From contig JABHXA010000005.1 of the NCBI GenBank assembly GCA_018657495.1, positions 104,749-136,748 of the forward strand: a stretch of DNA of 32,000 nt. The letters run 5' to 3'. How positions within the stretch are numbered: position 1 is the stretch's first letter; each line of letters opens with the position of its first letter. Origin of the DNA: Fidelibacterota bacterium (GTDB lineage Bacteria > Fidelibacterota > Marinisomatia > SCGC-AAA003-L08 > JACNLC01). Under the pieces are notes generated by a model. That model worked only from the letters and a program-made list of their open reading frames with translations, was not told the DNA's origin and ran no database searches. Made by a program: the position numbers and the translations under genes. Positions 18,129-27,692 of this stretch are shown piece after piece.

Positions 18129-19571
18129 ATGAACATTATTTTTATATCTGCTGAAGTTATACCCTTTTCAAAAGCCGGTGGTTTGGCTGATGTCTCCGGG
18201 GCCCTGCCGCAACAAATATCTTCATTGGGGCATAATATCTCTGTCATAAGCCCCCTGTATTCTAAAATCAATCCTGAAATGGACCATATTATTGATTCCG
18301 GTTTTGGAGCGCTTATCCAAATGGGAAATGAAGAAGTCCCTTTTGAGCTTTACCAGTTTGATCAAGATCACTCTAATGATCTACGTCATTATTTCATCCA
18401 CAATGATGAAATGTTTGGAAGAGATGGTATATACACACTCCCCAATGGTGAAGGATTCCCAGATAATAATTTCAGATTTTTCTTTTTTCAGAAAGCCGTT
18501 TTGAAATTGATTGAAACAAGATTTCTTGAAGCAGATATCGTGCATTGCAATGATCATCATACCGCCATGCTGCCATTTTTTATAACCAATCGAAAAATGG
18601 AAATTGCCACCATACTGACTGTCCATAATTTTCAATATCAGGGGTATTTTTCTCAGGCGGAAAGTAAATATCTTGATGAGCAGGATATTAAGAAATTGAT
18701 AGATATTCCATCTGAGGACAGATCATCAATGTACCTTGGCTGTACATTTGCCAATCAGGTGAATACAGTGAGCCCAACCTATGCTGATGAATTACTCGCC
18801 ATCAATGAACTTTCCTATGAACTGTATTCAACCCTGAACCAGATTTCTCATAAATTTTCAGGCATCTTAAATGGAGCAGATTATTCGTATTGGAGTCCTG
18901 AAAATGATACATTTATAAAAAACAGGTATTCACCATCTGATCTATTTGGAAAATCAAAAAATAAATCTGCGCTCCAAGTATATGCCGGTTTTGAACCTGA
19001 TGAAAGCAAACCACTGATAGGATCAATATCTCGACTGGTTGAGAATAAGGGATTTTATCTCATCCTCGATATAATTCCTGACCTGGTGAAGATGGGGGTT
19101 CAATGTGTATTTCTTGGTTCAGGAATGGATGATATTTCTCAATCTCTAAAAGATTTTGCTAATCAATATCCGGAAAATATTTTTTATGAAGGTCGGTTTA
19201 ATGAGGAACTTGCCCACAACATCGAAGCCGGTTCGGATATGTTTCTCATGCCATCGAGATTTGAGCCCTGTGGTTTGAATCAGATTTACAGCTTGAAATA
19301 CGGTACGATCCCATTGGTGTACAAAACAGGAGGATTAGCGGACACCGTTCAGCAGTGGGATGGTAAAAATGGCAATGGTTTTCTATTTCAACAGTATGAT
19401 AGTTCACATTTGCTGGATATGATACAGCAGGCTGTTAAAATATGGAAAGATAAAAACCAGTGGTTATCCATCATTTCAAATGCAATGGAAGCAGATTATT
19501 CATGGAATCAGTCTGCAAAACAATATATCGGGCTTTACCAATCAGCCCTTGGAGAATTAAATGAAAAATAA
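18129..19571 (+). CDS. glgA: Glycogen/starch synthase (GT5)
   Basis: MNIIFISAEVIPFSKAGGLADVSGALP, TVHNFQYQGYF, NTVSPTYADEL, MPSRFEPCGLNQIYSLKYGTIPLVYKTGGLADTV. The ORF track starts at TTG 18117, but ATG 18129 fits the family N-terminus. Confidence 0.93.
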   Translation: MNIIFISAEVIPFSKAGGLADVSGALPQQISSLGHNISVISPLYSKINPEMDHIIDSGFGALIQMGNEEVPFELYQFDQDHSNDLRHYFIHNDEMFGRDGIYTLPNGEGFPDNNFRFFFFQKAVLKLIETRFLEADIVHCNDHHTAMLPFFITNRKMEIATILTVHNFQYQGYFSQAESKYLDEQDIKKLIDIPSEDRSSMYLGCTFANQVNTVSPTYADELLAINELSYELYSTLNQISHKFSGILNGADYSYWSPENDTFIKNRYSPSDLFGKSKNKSALQVYAGFEPDESKPLIGSISRLVENKGFYLILDIIPDLVKMGVQCVFLGSGMDDISQSLKDFANQYPENIFYEGRFNEELAHNIEAGSDMFLMPSRFEPCGLNQIYSLKYGTIPLVYKTGGLADTVQQWDGKNGNGFLFQQYDSSHLLDMIQQAVKIWKDKNQWLSIISNAMEADYSWNQSAKQYIGLYQSALGELNEK

Positions 19572-20808
19572 ATTGAGACTCGACGCTATTATAATGGGTG
19601 GAGGTCGTGGTGAGAGACTAAATCCTCTCACAAAATATAGGGCAAAACCAGCTGTACAAATCGGGGCGAAATACCGATTAATTGATGTCCCAATAAGTAA
19701 TTGTATCAACTCAGGAATAAAGAATATCAGGCTCTTGACTCAATTCAATACCTTGTCGCTTCATCGCCATATTTATCGATCCTATCAATTTGATTTATTC
19801 TCAGGTGGAAATGTGGAAATTCTTGCTGCTCAGCAGACTTACGATCGTACTGACTGGTTTCAGGGCACTGCCGATGCTGTAAGATCTTATTGGTCACGGC
19901 TGGAAAGTCTCCCGGCCACTCACTATGTGATACTTGCTGGTGATCATCTGTACAAAATGGATTATTCCAAATTTTTCAAATATCACCTGGAAAATAATGC
20001 CCAGGTATCCATCGCCGTAAAACCAAAACCGTTGGATGCTGCCAGGGAGTTAGGTGTGTTAAAAACAGACCAATCCGGTCGCATCACTGAATTTGCTGAA
20101 AAACCACAGACGGATGAGGAAATCCATAATATAAGTCAAATTATTAACGGTGAAAAATGCGTCCTTGCCTCAATGGGTATTTATATTTTTAATAAGGAAG
20201 TATTGAGAGATGCATTGACTATGAAGGGCAACGACTTTGGGAAAAATATCATCCCTGCATCTATTTCAAAATATCGGACATTTGGTTACCATTTTGATGG
20301 ATACTGGGAAGATATCGGAACCATTAAAACATTTTTTGAAGCAAATATGGCCTTGACCGACCGCCATCCCCCATTTTCATTTTTTGATGTGAATAAACCG
20401 GTTTATACCCATTCACGATTTCTACCAGGTGCCATTGTTGAGAATGCCCGAATAATAAAATCATTCCTTGCCGAAGGCTGCCATATATCAAACGCCACAA
20501 TACAGAATTCCTTAATAGGGATCCGAAGCGTCATTGGTGATAATGTGAATATGGATCGAACGTATTTAATGGGTGCAGATTTTTATGAGGACATGGATTC
20601 CGACTCAGATTATGATATACCAATCGGTATTGGTAACAATTCTGTTCTAAAAAATGTCATCGTTGATAAAAATGCCAGGATTGGAAAGAATGTTCAATTG
20701 GTGAATTCAAATAATATTACCGAGGAATTCCACGATAATTATGTTATCCGTGATGGAATTATTGTTATTCCAAAAGGAGCCGTTATTCAGGATGGCACCG
20801 TAATTTAA
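19561..20808 (+). CDS. glgC: Glucose-1-phosphate adenylyltransferase
   Basis: AIIMGGGRGERLNPLTKYRAKPAVQIGAKYRLIDVPISNCINSG, DWFQGTADAVR, VILAGDHLYKMDY, DGYWEDIGTI. Overlaps the end of glgA by 11 nt. Confidence 0.95.
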   Translation: MKNKLRLDAIIMGGGRGERLNPLTKYRAKPAVQIGAKYRLIDVPISNCINSGIKNIRLLTQFNTLSLHRHIYRSYQFDLFSGGNVEILAAQQTYDRTDWFQGTADAVRSYWSRLESLPATHYVILAGDHLYKMDYSKFFKYHLENNAQVSIAVKPKPLDAARELGVLKTDQSGRITEFAEKPQTDEEIHNISQIINGEKCVLASMGIYIFNKEVLRDALTMKGNDFGKNIIPASISKYRTFGYHFDGYWEDIGTIKTFFEANMALTDRHPPFSFFDVNKPVYTHSRFLPGAIVENARIIKSFLAEGCHISNATIQNSLIGIRSVIGDNVNMDRTYLMGADFYEDMDSDSDYDIPIGIGNNSVLKNVIVDKNARIGKNVQLVNSNNITEEFHDNYVIRDGIIVIPKGAVIQDGTVI

Positions 20809-20817
20809 AATCAGCGA

Positions 20818-20835
20818 TTCAGGATAAATCCTGAA
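20818..20835. terminator. Small hairpin TTCAGGAT-AA-ATCCTGAA in the convergent gap
   Basis: 8-bp perfect inverted repeat in the 40-bp gap between converging stop codons; no T-tract. Confidence 0.35.
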
Positions 20836-20848
20836 CTGAACAATCGTA

Positions 20849-23278
20849 TTACTGTTCTAATATAATCGAAACCAGCGAGATCAAATCCAAAACATTTAGA
20901 TCACCATCGCCATTTGCATCAGCAGCCCACACCTGACAGGGTTCAGGATCTTCAGTGTTGCCAATAATAATATTTACAATGGTTATTATATCCAATATAT
21001 TGAGAAGATCATCCTGATTCACATCACCAGGTTCCCATTCGCTGCAATTTAACGTACCAATAGCAGTGAGTATAGGGATTACAGGGTGGATGTTTGAGTA
21101 ATCGTTGGTGGTTAATTTGACCCAATCCTGATATATACCTGGAGCCACACCTGCAGAGTTCACCGTAATGGTCATTTCAATTGCTTCCATGGGTGGAATT
21201 GTCGCTTCCAGTGGACTGATTGTAAGAAAATCATGCATAGTCTGAATGAGAATGGACATTTCATCATGGGCATATTCCATGTTATAGTTTATGAGTATTC
21301 CATCATCACCTACTTCGTTTTGGATTCCTATTGTTGCCAAACCTAATTCACCTACCATTGAGCGATAATTAAACATAATGACACCGTCATTATACAATAC
21401 CATTTGAAAATCATAGGTGCCTTCAATTTCATTCGTACCATACCAATGAACCACATGATCAAACCAAATCACTAGACGACTGTCATCTGAATGGTAATAG
21501 ACATCACCCGCCATTAAGTTACTGTTACCTGAATTATTAGGATTCAGATCGTCCCAGAAGCCAAATACTCCCGGCATGGGTGCTTCTTCAGATGGCAGCA
21601 CAGTATTAAGCCACTCCACATTGTCATCACCAAAACCGAGCCAGCCATTGGCATTTACAATGCATTCTGTATATTCGAGTCCATAAAATGGAAAGGCAAA
21701 ATCCAGCTGAATTGATTCAGGAGCAGCTTCATCATTATGAACAAAATTAACTTCCGTGCCAATACCTTCAATATCTATCCATTCATATTCAATATACTCA
21801 TCATCTGAATCAGTCCAGTAATATTCATCAGGATCAATTGAATAGGTAAGATCATCATCACCGGTGTTGACAATCAGAATAACATCTGACACTTCATCTC
21901 CCGGATCCATTTCAAACTCGATAAGTTCAACGGGAATATCAATTTGTGGGGTGGACATTGAATAGGATACAGATTGAAAAGCATTCAGTCTACCAAAACC
22001 TGTTTCGGTGTCAAATCCAGGACCATATAAATCGTCAGCCGTTATTTCCATAATAGCCAGGACCTGATCAGCAGATAAAGCTGGAGTGACGGATAAGATC
22101 AAGGCACCGATTCCCGCAGCATGAGGGCATGCTGATGAGGTACCATTAAAGCTGGAGGTATATCCCCCTCCCATCGATGTAGTATTGATTAATACACCTG
22201 GTGCCATGAAATTTAATTCAGCACCAAAGTTACTCCCCCACCAATTTTCGCCGTCACATGAACCGGGATTCTTTCTTTCATTACATGGTGATAAAGCACC
22301 AACCGATATACAATCGTCATATCTTGAGGGATAACTTACCGTTCCCGTATTATCATTCCCAGAAGCAGCAAATACTACTGTCCCGATTTCGTTGGCATAG
22401 GTGATTGCATTATCAAAATAAGTGACAAAACTACCGCCACCCAAACTCATGCTGATAATTCTGGCTCCGTTATCAGCGGCAAATAGAACACCATTGGCAA
22501 TATTGGTGTCATTTCCTGATCCACCTGAATCAAGAATTTTCACAGACATAATTTTGGACCCCCATGAAACACCAGCGATTCCGCTATTATTATTTCCAAT
22601 AGCCGCAGCGATCCCAGCACATGGTGTACCATGACCATAATCGTCATCTGGATCATCGTCATTATTTACAAAATCCCAGCCGTCAACCATTTTCCCGGCA
22701 AATTCAGAATGATCAGGATTCACACCCGTATCCAATATGGCTATGATAATATCTTCGCTACCAGTTGTTATATCCCAGGCTTCATCTGTATCTGTATCAC
22801 AATCAGGGATTCCCACATTACCTGATCCGGCTTGACCAGTATTATTGTGAGCCCATTGGTCAGAGTAATAAGTATCATTTGGTGTGATATAGGAATGCTT
22901 TATATAATCCGGTTCCACTTTTATGATTCCCTGGATTTTTAGTAATTCATCTAAGGCATTTTTTATATTTTGGGGAGTATCCGTTTCCAAAACATAGTAC
23001 TGATGCAAATCATGAGAGTAATGCGCTTCAGAAAAGTTTTGATAATTCTGGAAAAGAGGATAAAAGTTATAATTTCTAAATTCGCCGGTATAAGCTTCCA
23101 ATCCCGGTAAGAATTCGGCAGTCAGGGGCATTTCTTCCCCTAATTTTGGTGCGATTTCAGAAGACATTTTTAGAACGATTTTATTCATCGACACATCAAA
23201 TTCGTTTAATTGTCCTATTTGCTGTTCAAATGAAAAGACAAAGGAAATGACTGATAATATAATTATAATTTTTTTCAT
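20849..23278 (-). CDS. Secreted subtilisin-like (S8) serine peptidase with C-terminal dockerin-like module
   Basis: Signal sequence, AILDTGVNPDHSE (Asp), DDYGHGTPCAGIAAA (His), FNGTSSACPHAAGIGAL (Ser), C-terminal GDVNQDDLLNILDIITIVNIII...ADANGDGDLNVLDLISLVSIILE. Confidence 0.92.
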   Translation of the reverse strand: MKKIIIILSVISFVFSFEQQIGQLNEFDVSMNKIVLKMSSEIAPKLGEEMPLTAEFLPGLEAYTGEFRNYNFYPLFQNYQNFSEAHYSHDLHQYYVLETDTPQNIKNALDELLKIQGIIKVEPDYIKHSYITPNDTYYSDQWAHNNTGQAGSGNVGIPDCDTDTDEAWDITTGSEDIIIAILDTGVNPDHSEFAGKMVDGWDFVNNDDDPDDDYGHGTPCAGIAAAIGNNNSGIAGVSWGSKIMSVKILDSGGSGNDTNIANGVLFAADNGARIISMSLGGGSFVTYFDNAITYANEIGTVVFAASGNDNTGTVSYPSRYDDCISVGALSPCNERKNPGSCDGENWWGSNFGAELNFMAPGVLINTTSMGGGYTSSFNGTSSACPHAAGIGALILSVTPALSADQVLAIMEITADDLYGPGFDTETGFGRLNAFQSVSYSMSTPQIDIPVELIEFEMDPGDEVSDVILIVNTGDDDLTYSIDPDEYYWTDSDDEYIEYEWIDIEGIGTEVNFVHNDEAAPESIQLDFAFPFYGLEYTECIVNANGWLGFGDDNVEWLNTVLPSEEAPMPGVFGFWDDLNPNNSGNSNLMAGDVYYHSDDSRLVIWFDHVVHWYGTNEIEGTYDFQMVLYNDGVIMFNYRSMVGELGLATIGIQNEVGDDGILINYNMEYAHDEMSILIQTMHDFLTISPLEATIPPMEAIEMTITVNSAGVAPGIYQDWVKLTTNDYSNIHPVIPILTAIGTLNCSEWEPGDVNQDDLLNILDIITIVNIIIGNTEDPEPCQVWAADANGDGDLNVLDLISLVSIILEQ

Positions 23279-23349
23279 GTTATAACTCCCTAAAAAACAT
23301 GATTAATGTAATTTTTAACTAAGTCTAAAATTGTTCAGTTTGGTATGTA

Positions 23350-24882
23350 TTAATACCCCATGATTGTATTGATTATTAGAATGATATCAAGGATATTGAT
23401 AATCTCATCATCATTTATATTTGCCGCCCATGTTTGACAGTAATCTGGATCTTCCAACAAACCAATTATGATATTTGCCACAATTACAATATCCAATACA
23501 TTTACATCACCGTCAAGATTGGTATCTCCAAGAATAGTATTATTTCCACAATTCATGGATACAGCTGCTTCAACTGCATTAAGGGCATTTATTCGTCCGT
23601 AACCCGTTTCAGCATCCCAACCTGGTCCTAAAATATCAACAGAAGTTTCCTGCAATATTGTTCGAATTTCACCTGGGGTTAATCCTGGGTGAACTGATTT
23701 TACCAGTGCCGCAACACCAGCCGCGTTTGGACATGCCGAGGAAGTGCCATTGAATTCCATGGTATATCCGCCGGAGTTGGTGATAGTAGGGATCTTTACA
23801 CATGGAGCCACGAGGTCCATATCTCCACCATAATTTGCACCCCAGAAACTTTCACCGTCACATGATGAATAGCTTTTTCTTTCATTGCAAGGTGATAGTC
23901 CACCTACAGCAACACAATTCTCATATGCAGAAGGATATCCGAGGACTGAAATATTTTCGTTACCGGTTGCGGCAAGAGATAATGTTCCATTTTCAAAGGC
24001 ATAGGTAATGGCATCATCACAAAGAGACACCTGGTTGGTCCATCTTAGGCTCATACTGATCACATCGGCACCATTATCTGAGGCCCATTGAATACCATTT
24101 GCCAGGATGACTTGGTCACCATTGCCACTATTACCAAGTACTTTTACCGGTAAAATTTTTGAATTCCAGGCTACACCTGCAACACCCACTGAGTTATTCC
24201 CGGCAGCAGCTACAATTCCTGAACATTGGGTACCGTGCCCAAAAACATCGCTTACATTAAAATTATTATCATAGAAATTATATCCATCTAAAAGCCTGCC
24301 CTCAAGTTCTGTATGATCATTAACACCTGTATCCAATACTGCAACAATTACATCCTCACTTCCCTGAGTGATATCCCATGCTTCATCTGTATCCATATCA
24401 CAATCCACATGACCGACATTTCCCGGTCCAGCCTGGCCTTGATTATCATGGGCCCACTGCTCAGGATAATTTGGGTCGTTTGGAACAAAAGCGGGTCTGA
24501 CCTGATAATTATAATCTACTGTTTCTACATCTTGTAAAGACTTCAATTGATTTTGGACATTCTCAATATCCACTGCTTTAGTAAATGATATCACATAATA
24601 CTGGTGCAGACTATTCGATCTGTGTAATTCTGTAAAATTTTCATAGTTTTGAAAAACCGGCTTAAATTCTAAAATGGGAGTATCCTTCAGAATCTGAACA
24701 ATGTCAGTTCGTGACTCAAGGGCCATCGGTTGTTCCAAGCCTAACAAGGGTGAAATATTTTCGTTAAATTTAATTATAATTTGGTTTGATGAAGTAATTG
24801 AGCCATTTATTTCGACCCATGTATTTTCTATTGCAAACAGGGAAGTTAAAAGCACTAAAGCGACAGCGATTCTGGAAAGCAT
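23350..24882 (-). CDS. Second secreted subtilisin-like (S8) serine peptidase with C-terminal dockerin-like module
   Basis: AVLDTGVNDHTELEG, GHGTQCSGIVAAAGN, FNGTSSACPNAAGVAALV, C-terminal GDTNLDGDVNVLDIVIVANIII...INDDEIINILDIILIINTIM. Confidence 0.92.
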   Translation of the reverse strand: MLSRIAVALVLLTSLFAIENTWVEINGSITSSNQIIIKFNENISPLLGLEQPMALESRTDIVQILKDTPILEFKPVFQNYENFTELHRSNSLHQYYVISFTKAVDIENVQNQLKSLQDVETVDYNYQVRPAFVPNDPNYPEQWAHDNQGQAGPGNVGHVDCDMDTDEAWDITQGSEDVIVAVLDTGVNDHTELEGRLLDGYNFYDNNFNVSDVFGHGTQCSGIVAAAGNNSVGVAGVAWNSKILPVKVLGNSGNGDQVILANGIQWASDNGADVISMSLRWTNQVSLCDDAITYAFENGTLSLAATGNENISVLGYPSAYENCVAVGGLSPCNERKSYSSCDGESFWGANYGGDMDLVAPCVKIPTITNSGGYTMEFNGTSSACPNAAGVAALVKSVHPGLTPGEIRTILQETSVDILGPGWDAETGYGRINALNAVEAAVSMNCGNNTILGDTNLDGDVNVLDIVIVANIIIGLLEDPDYCQTWAANINDDEIINILDIILIINTIMGY

Positions 24883-25188
24883 AAAATATGTCCTTTGTTG
24901 TTTTATTTAATTGTTGTGAAATTTGTGGCAAAAGTTACGCTATAACTTATTTATTACATTGTAACAAATTGTTTTCAACTAAAAATTCTAAATAAATCTT
25001 TAAACTTTTTATCTTGACTATTCACGTTATCAGCTAACAAAATATCTATATGGTTATCCTAATTTTTATCAAATAGTTATATAGTTAATCAAGTTTAAAT
25101 AACTTCTAGCTTTTCCCTTTAAGGCAAGTAGAAAAGGGGCTCATTGGAGAAAGGTTTTGATGATGATGTTTTTTTATCTAATTGAAAA

Positions 25189-25599
25189 TTAAATATTGGC
25201 TTCAACCAGCGCTTCCAGCTTGCTGCGAATTTCACCTGGTAATGTTGCAGATTTGAAATTTGAGGTAACATAAACATGCTTGCTGCTCCCGGATACTCGA
25301 ATTTTGTTTTCTGGTCCGGTAATTTGATAATTGATAGAAAAAGATCTGGTGCCAATTTCAGTAACCGTTACTCCAATAGCCAATATTTCACCCAACTTCA
25401 TTGCCTTTTTGTAATCGGCTTCAGCATGAACAAATGGTAGAGCGGTTCCTGCAGAAAGAAATTGCTGGTGAAGATCCAGATCCAAAGAAGCCATGAAATC
25501 CTCATATGCCATATGAAAATATTCAAATGCACGAGCAAAAAAAACAACGCCTGCAGCGTCAACTTCACTGAATCGTACTTTCTTTTGAAATTGATACAT
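25189..25599 (-). CDS. Hotdog-fold acyl-CoA thioesterase (4-hydroxybenzoyl-CoA thioesterase family)
   Basis: MYQFQKKVRFSEVDAAGVVFFARAFEYFHMAYEDFM. The track start at 25635 adds 12 residues; ATG at 25599 fits the family better. Confidence 0.82.
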   Translation of the reverse strand: MYQFQKKVRFSEVDAAGVVFFARAFEYFHMAYEDFMASLDLDLHQQFLSAGTALPFVHAEADYKKAMKLGEILAIGVTVTEIGTRSFSINYQITGPENKIRVSGSSKHVYVTSNFKSATLPGEIRSKLEALVEANI

Positions 25600-25778
25600 A
25601 ATTCCTCCGGGAATAAATTTACCATTAAATGGCATATCAGTAATTAATTTATAAATTGATCGTGAATTTGTCTGTTATCCAATGTCCACCGATATTAAAT
25701 CCACTTTTTTACATATACCTGTTGGTCATAATTTAAGTTTAATAATTAATCTATACTTGAAGTAAACACAGGTCTAAA

Positions 25779-26039
25779 ATGGACGACAGAATCCTACATT
25801 TGAGAAAAACCATCGATAAAATTGATCAGCAGATCATACGCCTGCTCAAGGATAGAATGATTGCGGCAAAAAAAGTTGGAGAGCTGAAGAAAGAGCTCCA
25901 AATCCCCATCGAAGATCGATCTCGGGAACGGGAAATCCTGCAACGTCTGGCTGAATATGCCGGGAATTCAATAACTGATGAGCAGTTAATCAGAATTTTT
26001 AAAGCTGTGTTCAAATCCTCAAAACAGGTTCAGAAATAG
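25779..26039 (+). CDS. Stand-alone chorismate mutase (AroQ class)
   Basis: LRKTIDKIDQQIIRLLKDRMIAAKKVGELKKELQIPIEDRSREREILQRL, 86 aa, heading an aromatic amino-acid gene run. Confidence 0.88.
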   Translation: MDDRILHLRKTIDKIDQQIIRLLKDRMIAAKKVGELKKELQIPIEDRSREREILQRLAEYAGNSITDEQLIRIFKAVFKSSKQVQK

Positions 26040-26043
26040 TCTA

Positions 26044-26940
26044 ATGCATGATCATATGCAAGGAGCAACAACAATCCGAAAACATCTCTGGTGGGCGTTT
26101 TGGATTAATTTCATCTTTTTCATAATTGAACTATTTGGCGGGATATATTCCAACAGTCTGGCCTTACTCTCCGATGCCGGTCATATGTTTACAGACGTTA
26201 TGGCATTGGGATTGGCAATATTTGCCTCAAAAATTGGTGAAAAAATAGCCAATGCAAAATGGACATATGGATTTATGCGCGCTGAAGTCATTGGGGCATT
26301 TATCAATGGAGCCACCCTGGTATTTATTTGCGGATTCATCCTTATTGAAGCATTCGAACGAATTGGATCCCCTCAAAATATTCTTGGTGGACCAATGCTG
26401 ATTATCGCGGTGTCAGGTCTTTTTGCAAATGGGATAAGTGCCTGGATCCTGTCAAAAGATCACCAGGACAATATGAATATAAAGGGTGCTTATCTGCATC
26501 TTCTCGCTGATACATTGGGTTCTGTAGGTGCTATCATCTCAGGATTGGCAATTTGGTTGTGGAATTTTACTGTTATCGATATCATTGCCAGTATTTTTAT
26601 TGTCATTCTTATTTTAATTGGGACAAAATCCCTTCTTGAGCAAAGTGTGAAACTTTTAATGGATACGGTTCCAGAACATTTGGATTATAACACTATTAAG
26701 GAATCGATACTTAGCCTGGAACATATTGAACAAGTACATGATCTTCATATATGGTCAATCTCTCAGAATAAACCATCCTTGAGTGCCCATTTAAAATTAT
26801 GTCCGGAATGCACCGAGACTCATCACTGGTCAAAATGTTTGAAAAATACCCAAACCTTCCTGGCAAAAGAGTATGGGATAGAACATTGTACACTCCAAAT
26901 CGAGCCAATGGATTTTGTTGAGGAGGACCATTGTGGATAA
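26044..26940 (+). CDS. Cation diffusion facilitator (CDF) family transporter, CzcD/ZitB-like
   Basis: WINFIFFIIELFGGIYSNSLALLSDAGHMFTDVMALGLAIFA, LLADTLGSVGAIISG, C-terminal HDLHIWSISQNKPSLSAHL. Starts 4 nt after the chorismate mutase stop. Confidence 0.92.
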   Translation: MHDHMQGATTIRKHLWWAFWINFIFFIIELFGGIYSNSLALLSDAGHMFTDVMALGLAIFASKIGEKIANAKWTYGFMRAEVIGAFINGATLVFICGFILIEAFERIGSPQNILGGPMLIIAVSGLFANGISAWILSKDHQDNMNIKGAYLHLLADTLGSVGAIISGLAIWLWNFTVIDIIASIFIVILILIGTKSLLEQSVKLLMDTVPEHLDYNTIKESILSLEHIEQVHDLHIWSISQNKPSLSAHLKLCPECTETHHWSKCLKNTQTFLAKEYGIEHCTLQIEPMDFVEEDHCG

Positions 26941-27046
26941 GATAATGACAATAGGATTTAAGAATCTTCAGCAAAAAATAAATTTTGATTCGCTGTATCC
27001 AAGGTTCCAAATCATCCGTATTTTAGAGGCTAAAATTTTTGGATAA
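26933..27046 (+). CDS. Candidate small translationally coupled ORF (37 aa), VDKIMTIGFKNLQQKINFDSLYPRFQIIRILEAKIFG
   Basis: GTG start overlaps the CDF stop region, preceded 6 nt upstream by a strong SD (GAGGAGG, 26920-26926). The stop ends 1 nt before the pheA ATG at 27048. Not in the supplied ORF track. Confidence 0.35.
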   Translation: MDKIMTIGFKNLQQKINFDSLYPRFQIIRILEAKIFG

Positions 27047-27047
27047 T

Positions 27048-27626
27048 ATGATAAAAATAGGCATACAGGGCGTAAAAGGTAGTTTCAGCGAGGAAGCGGC
27101 AGAATCCTTTGCCCATAATCATGGACTTGAACATTTTGAGCTAATTCCGCTAGTTTCATCAGCAGCTGTGATGAAAAGTCTTGGGGATGAAAGCGTTGAC
27201 TATGGCATTATTGCCATGGAAAATGCCCAGGGTGGTGTTGTCATCGAAAGTGTCCATGCACTTGCCCGGTATCAATGTGAAATCATTGAAATGTTTCATA
27301 TCATGGTTCGACAAAATCTTCTTGCCAAAAGAGGAGTTTTTATTGGTGATATCACCGAAATTCATTCCCACCAGCAGGCGATCAGACAATGTCGTGACTA
27401 TCTTGCCGATCATTTTTGGACCCGTCCGCTTATCGAAGCTGATGATACTGCTGAAGCCGCTCGGCGTTTAAGCGAAGGTAAAATACCGGAAACTGCCGCC
27501 GTCATTGGAAATCGCTCATGTGCAGAATTATATGATTTGACCATTGTCCAGGAAGATATTCACGATTTGAAACATAATCTCACTTTGTTCCTTGGATTAA
27601 GAAAACTACCTGATGATCCTGCCTGA
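27048..27626 (+). CDS. pheA: Prephenate dehydratase, catalytic domain only
   Basis: GIQGVKGSFSEEAAESF, YGIIAMENAQGGVVIESVHAL, AAVIGNRSCAELYDL, HDLKHNLTLFLGL. No ACT domain follows. The track start is the alternative TTG at 27039. Confidence 0.87.
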   Translation: MIKIGIQGVKGSFSEEAAESFAHNHGLEHFELIPLVSSAAVMKSLGDESVDYGIIAMENAQGGVVIESVHALARYQCEIIEMFHIMVRQNLLAKRGVFIGDITEIHSHQQAIRQCRDYLADHFWTRPLIEADDTAEAARRLSEGKIPETAAVIGNRSCAELYDLTIVQEDIHDLKHNLTLFLGLRKLPDDPA

Positions 27627-27692
27627 CATTTCTTTCATAATCAAATACGCCAAAAGGTATTTCGCAGAAGCGATACCCGGTAATAATATTTT

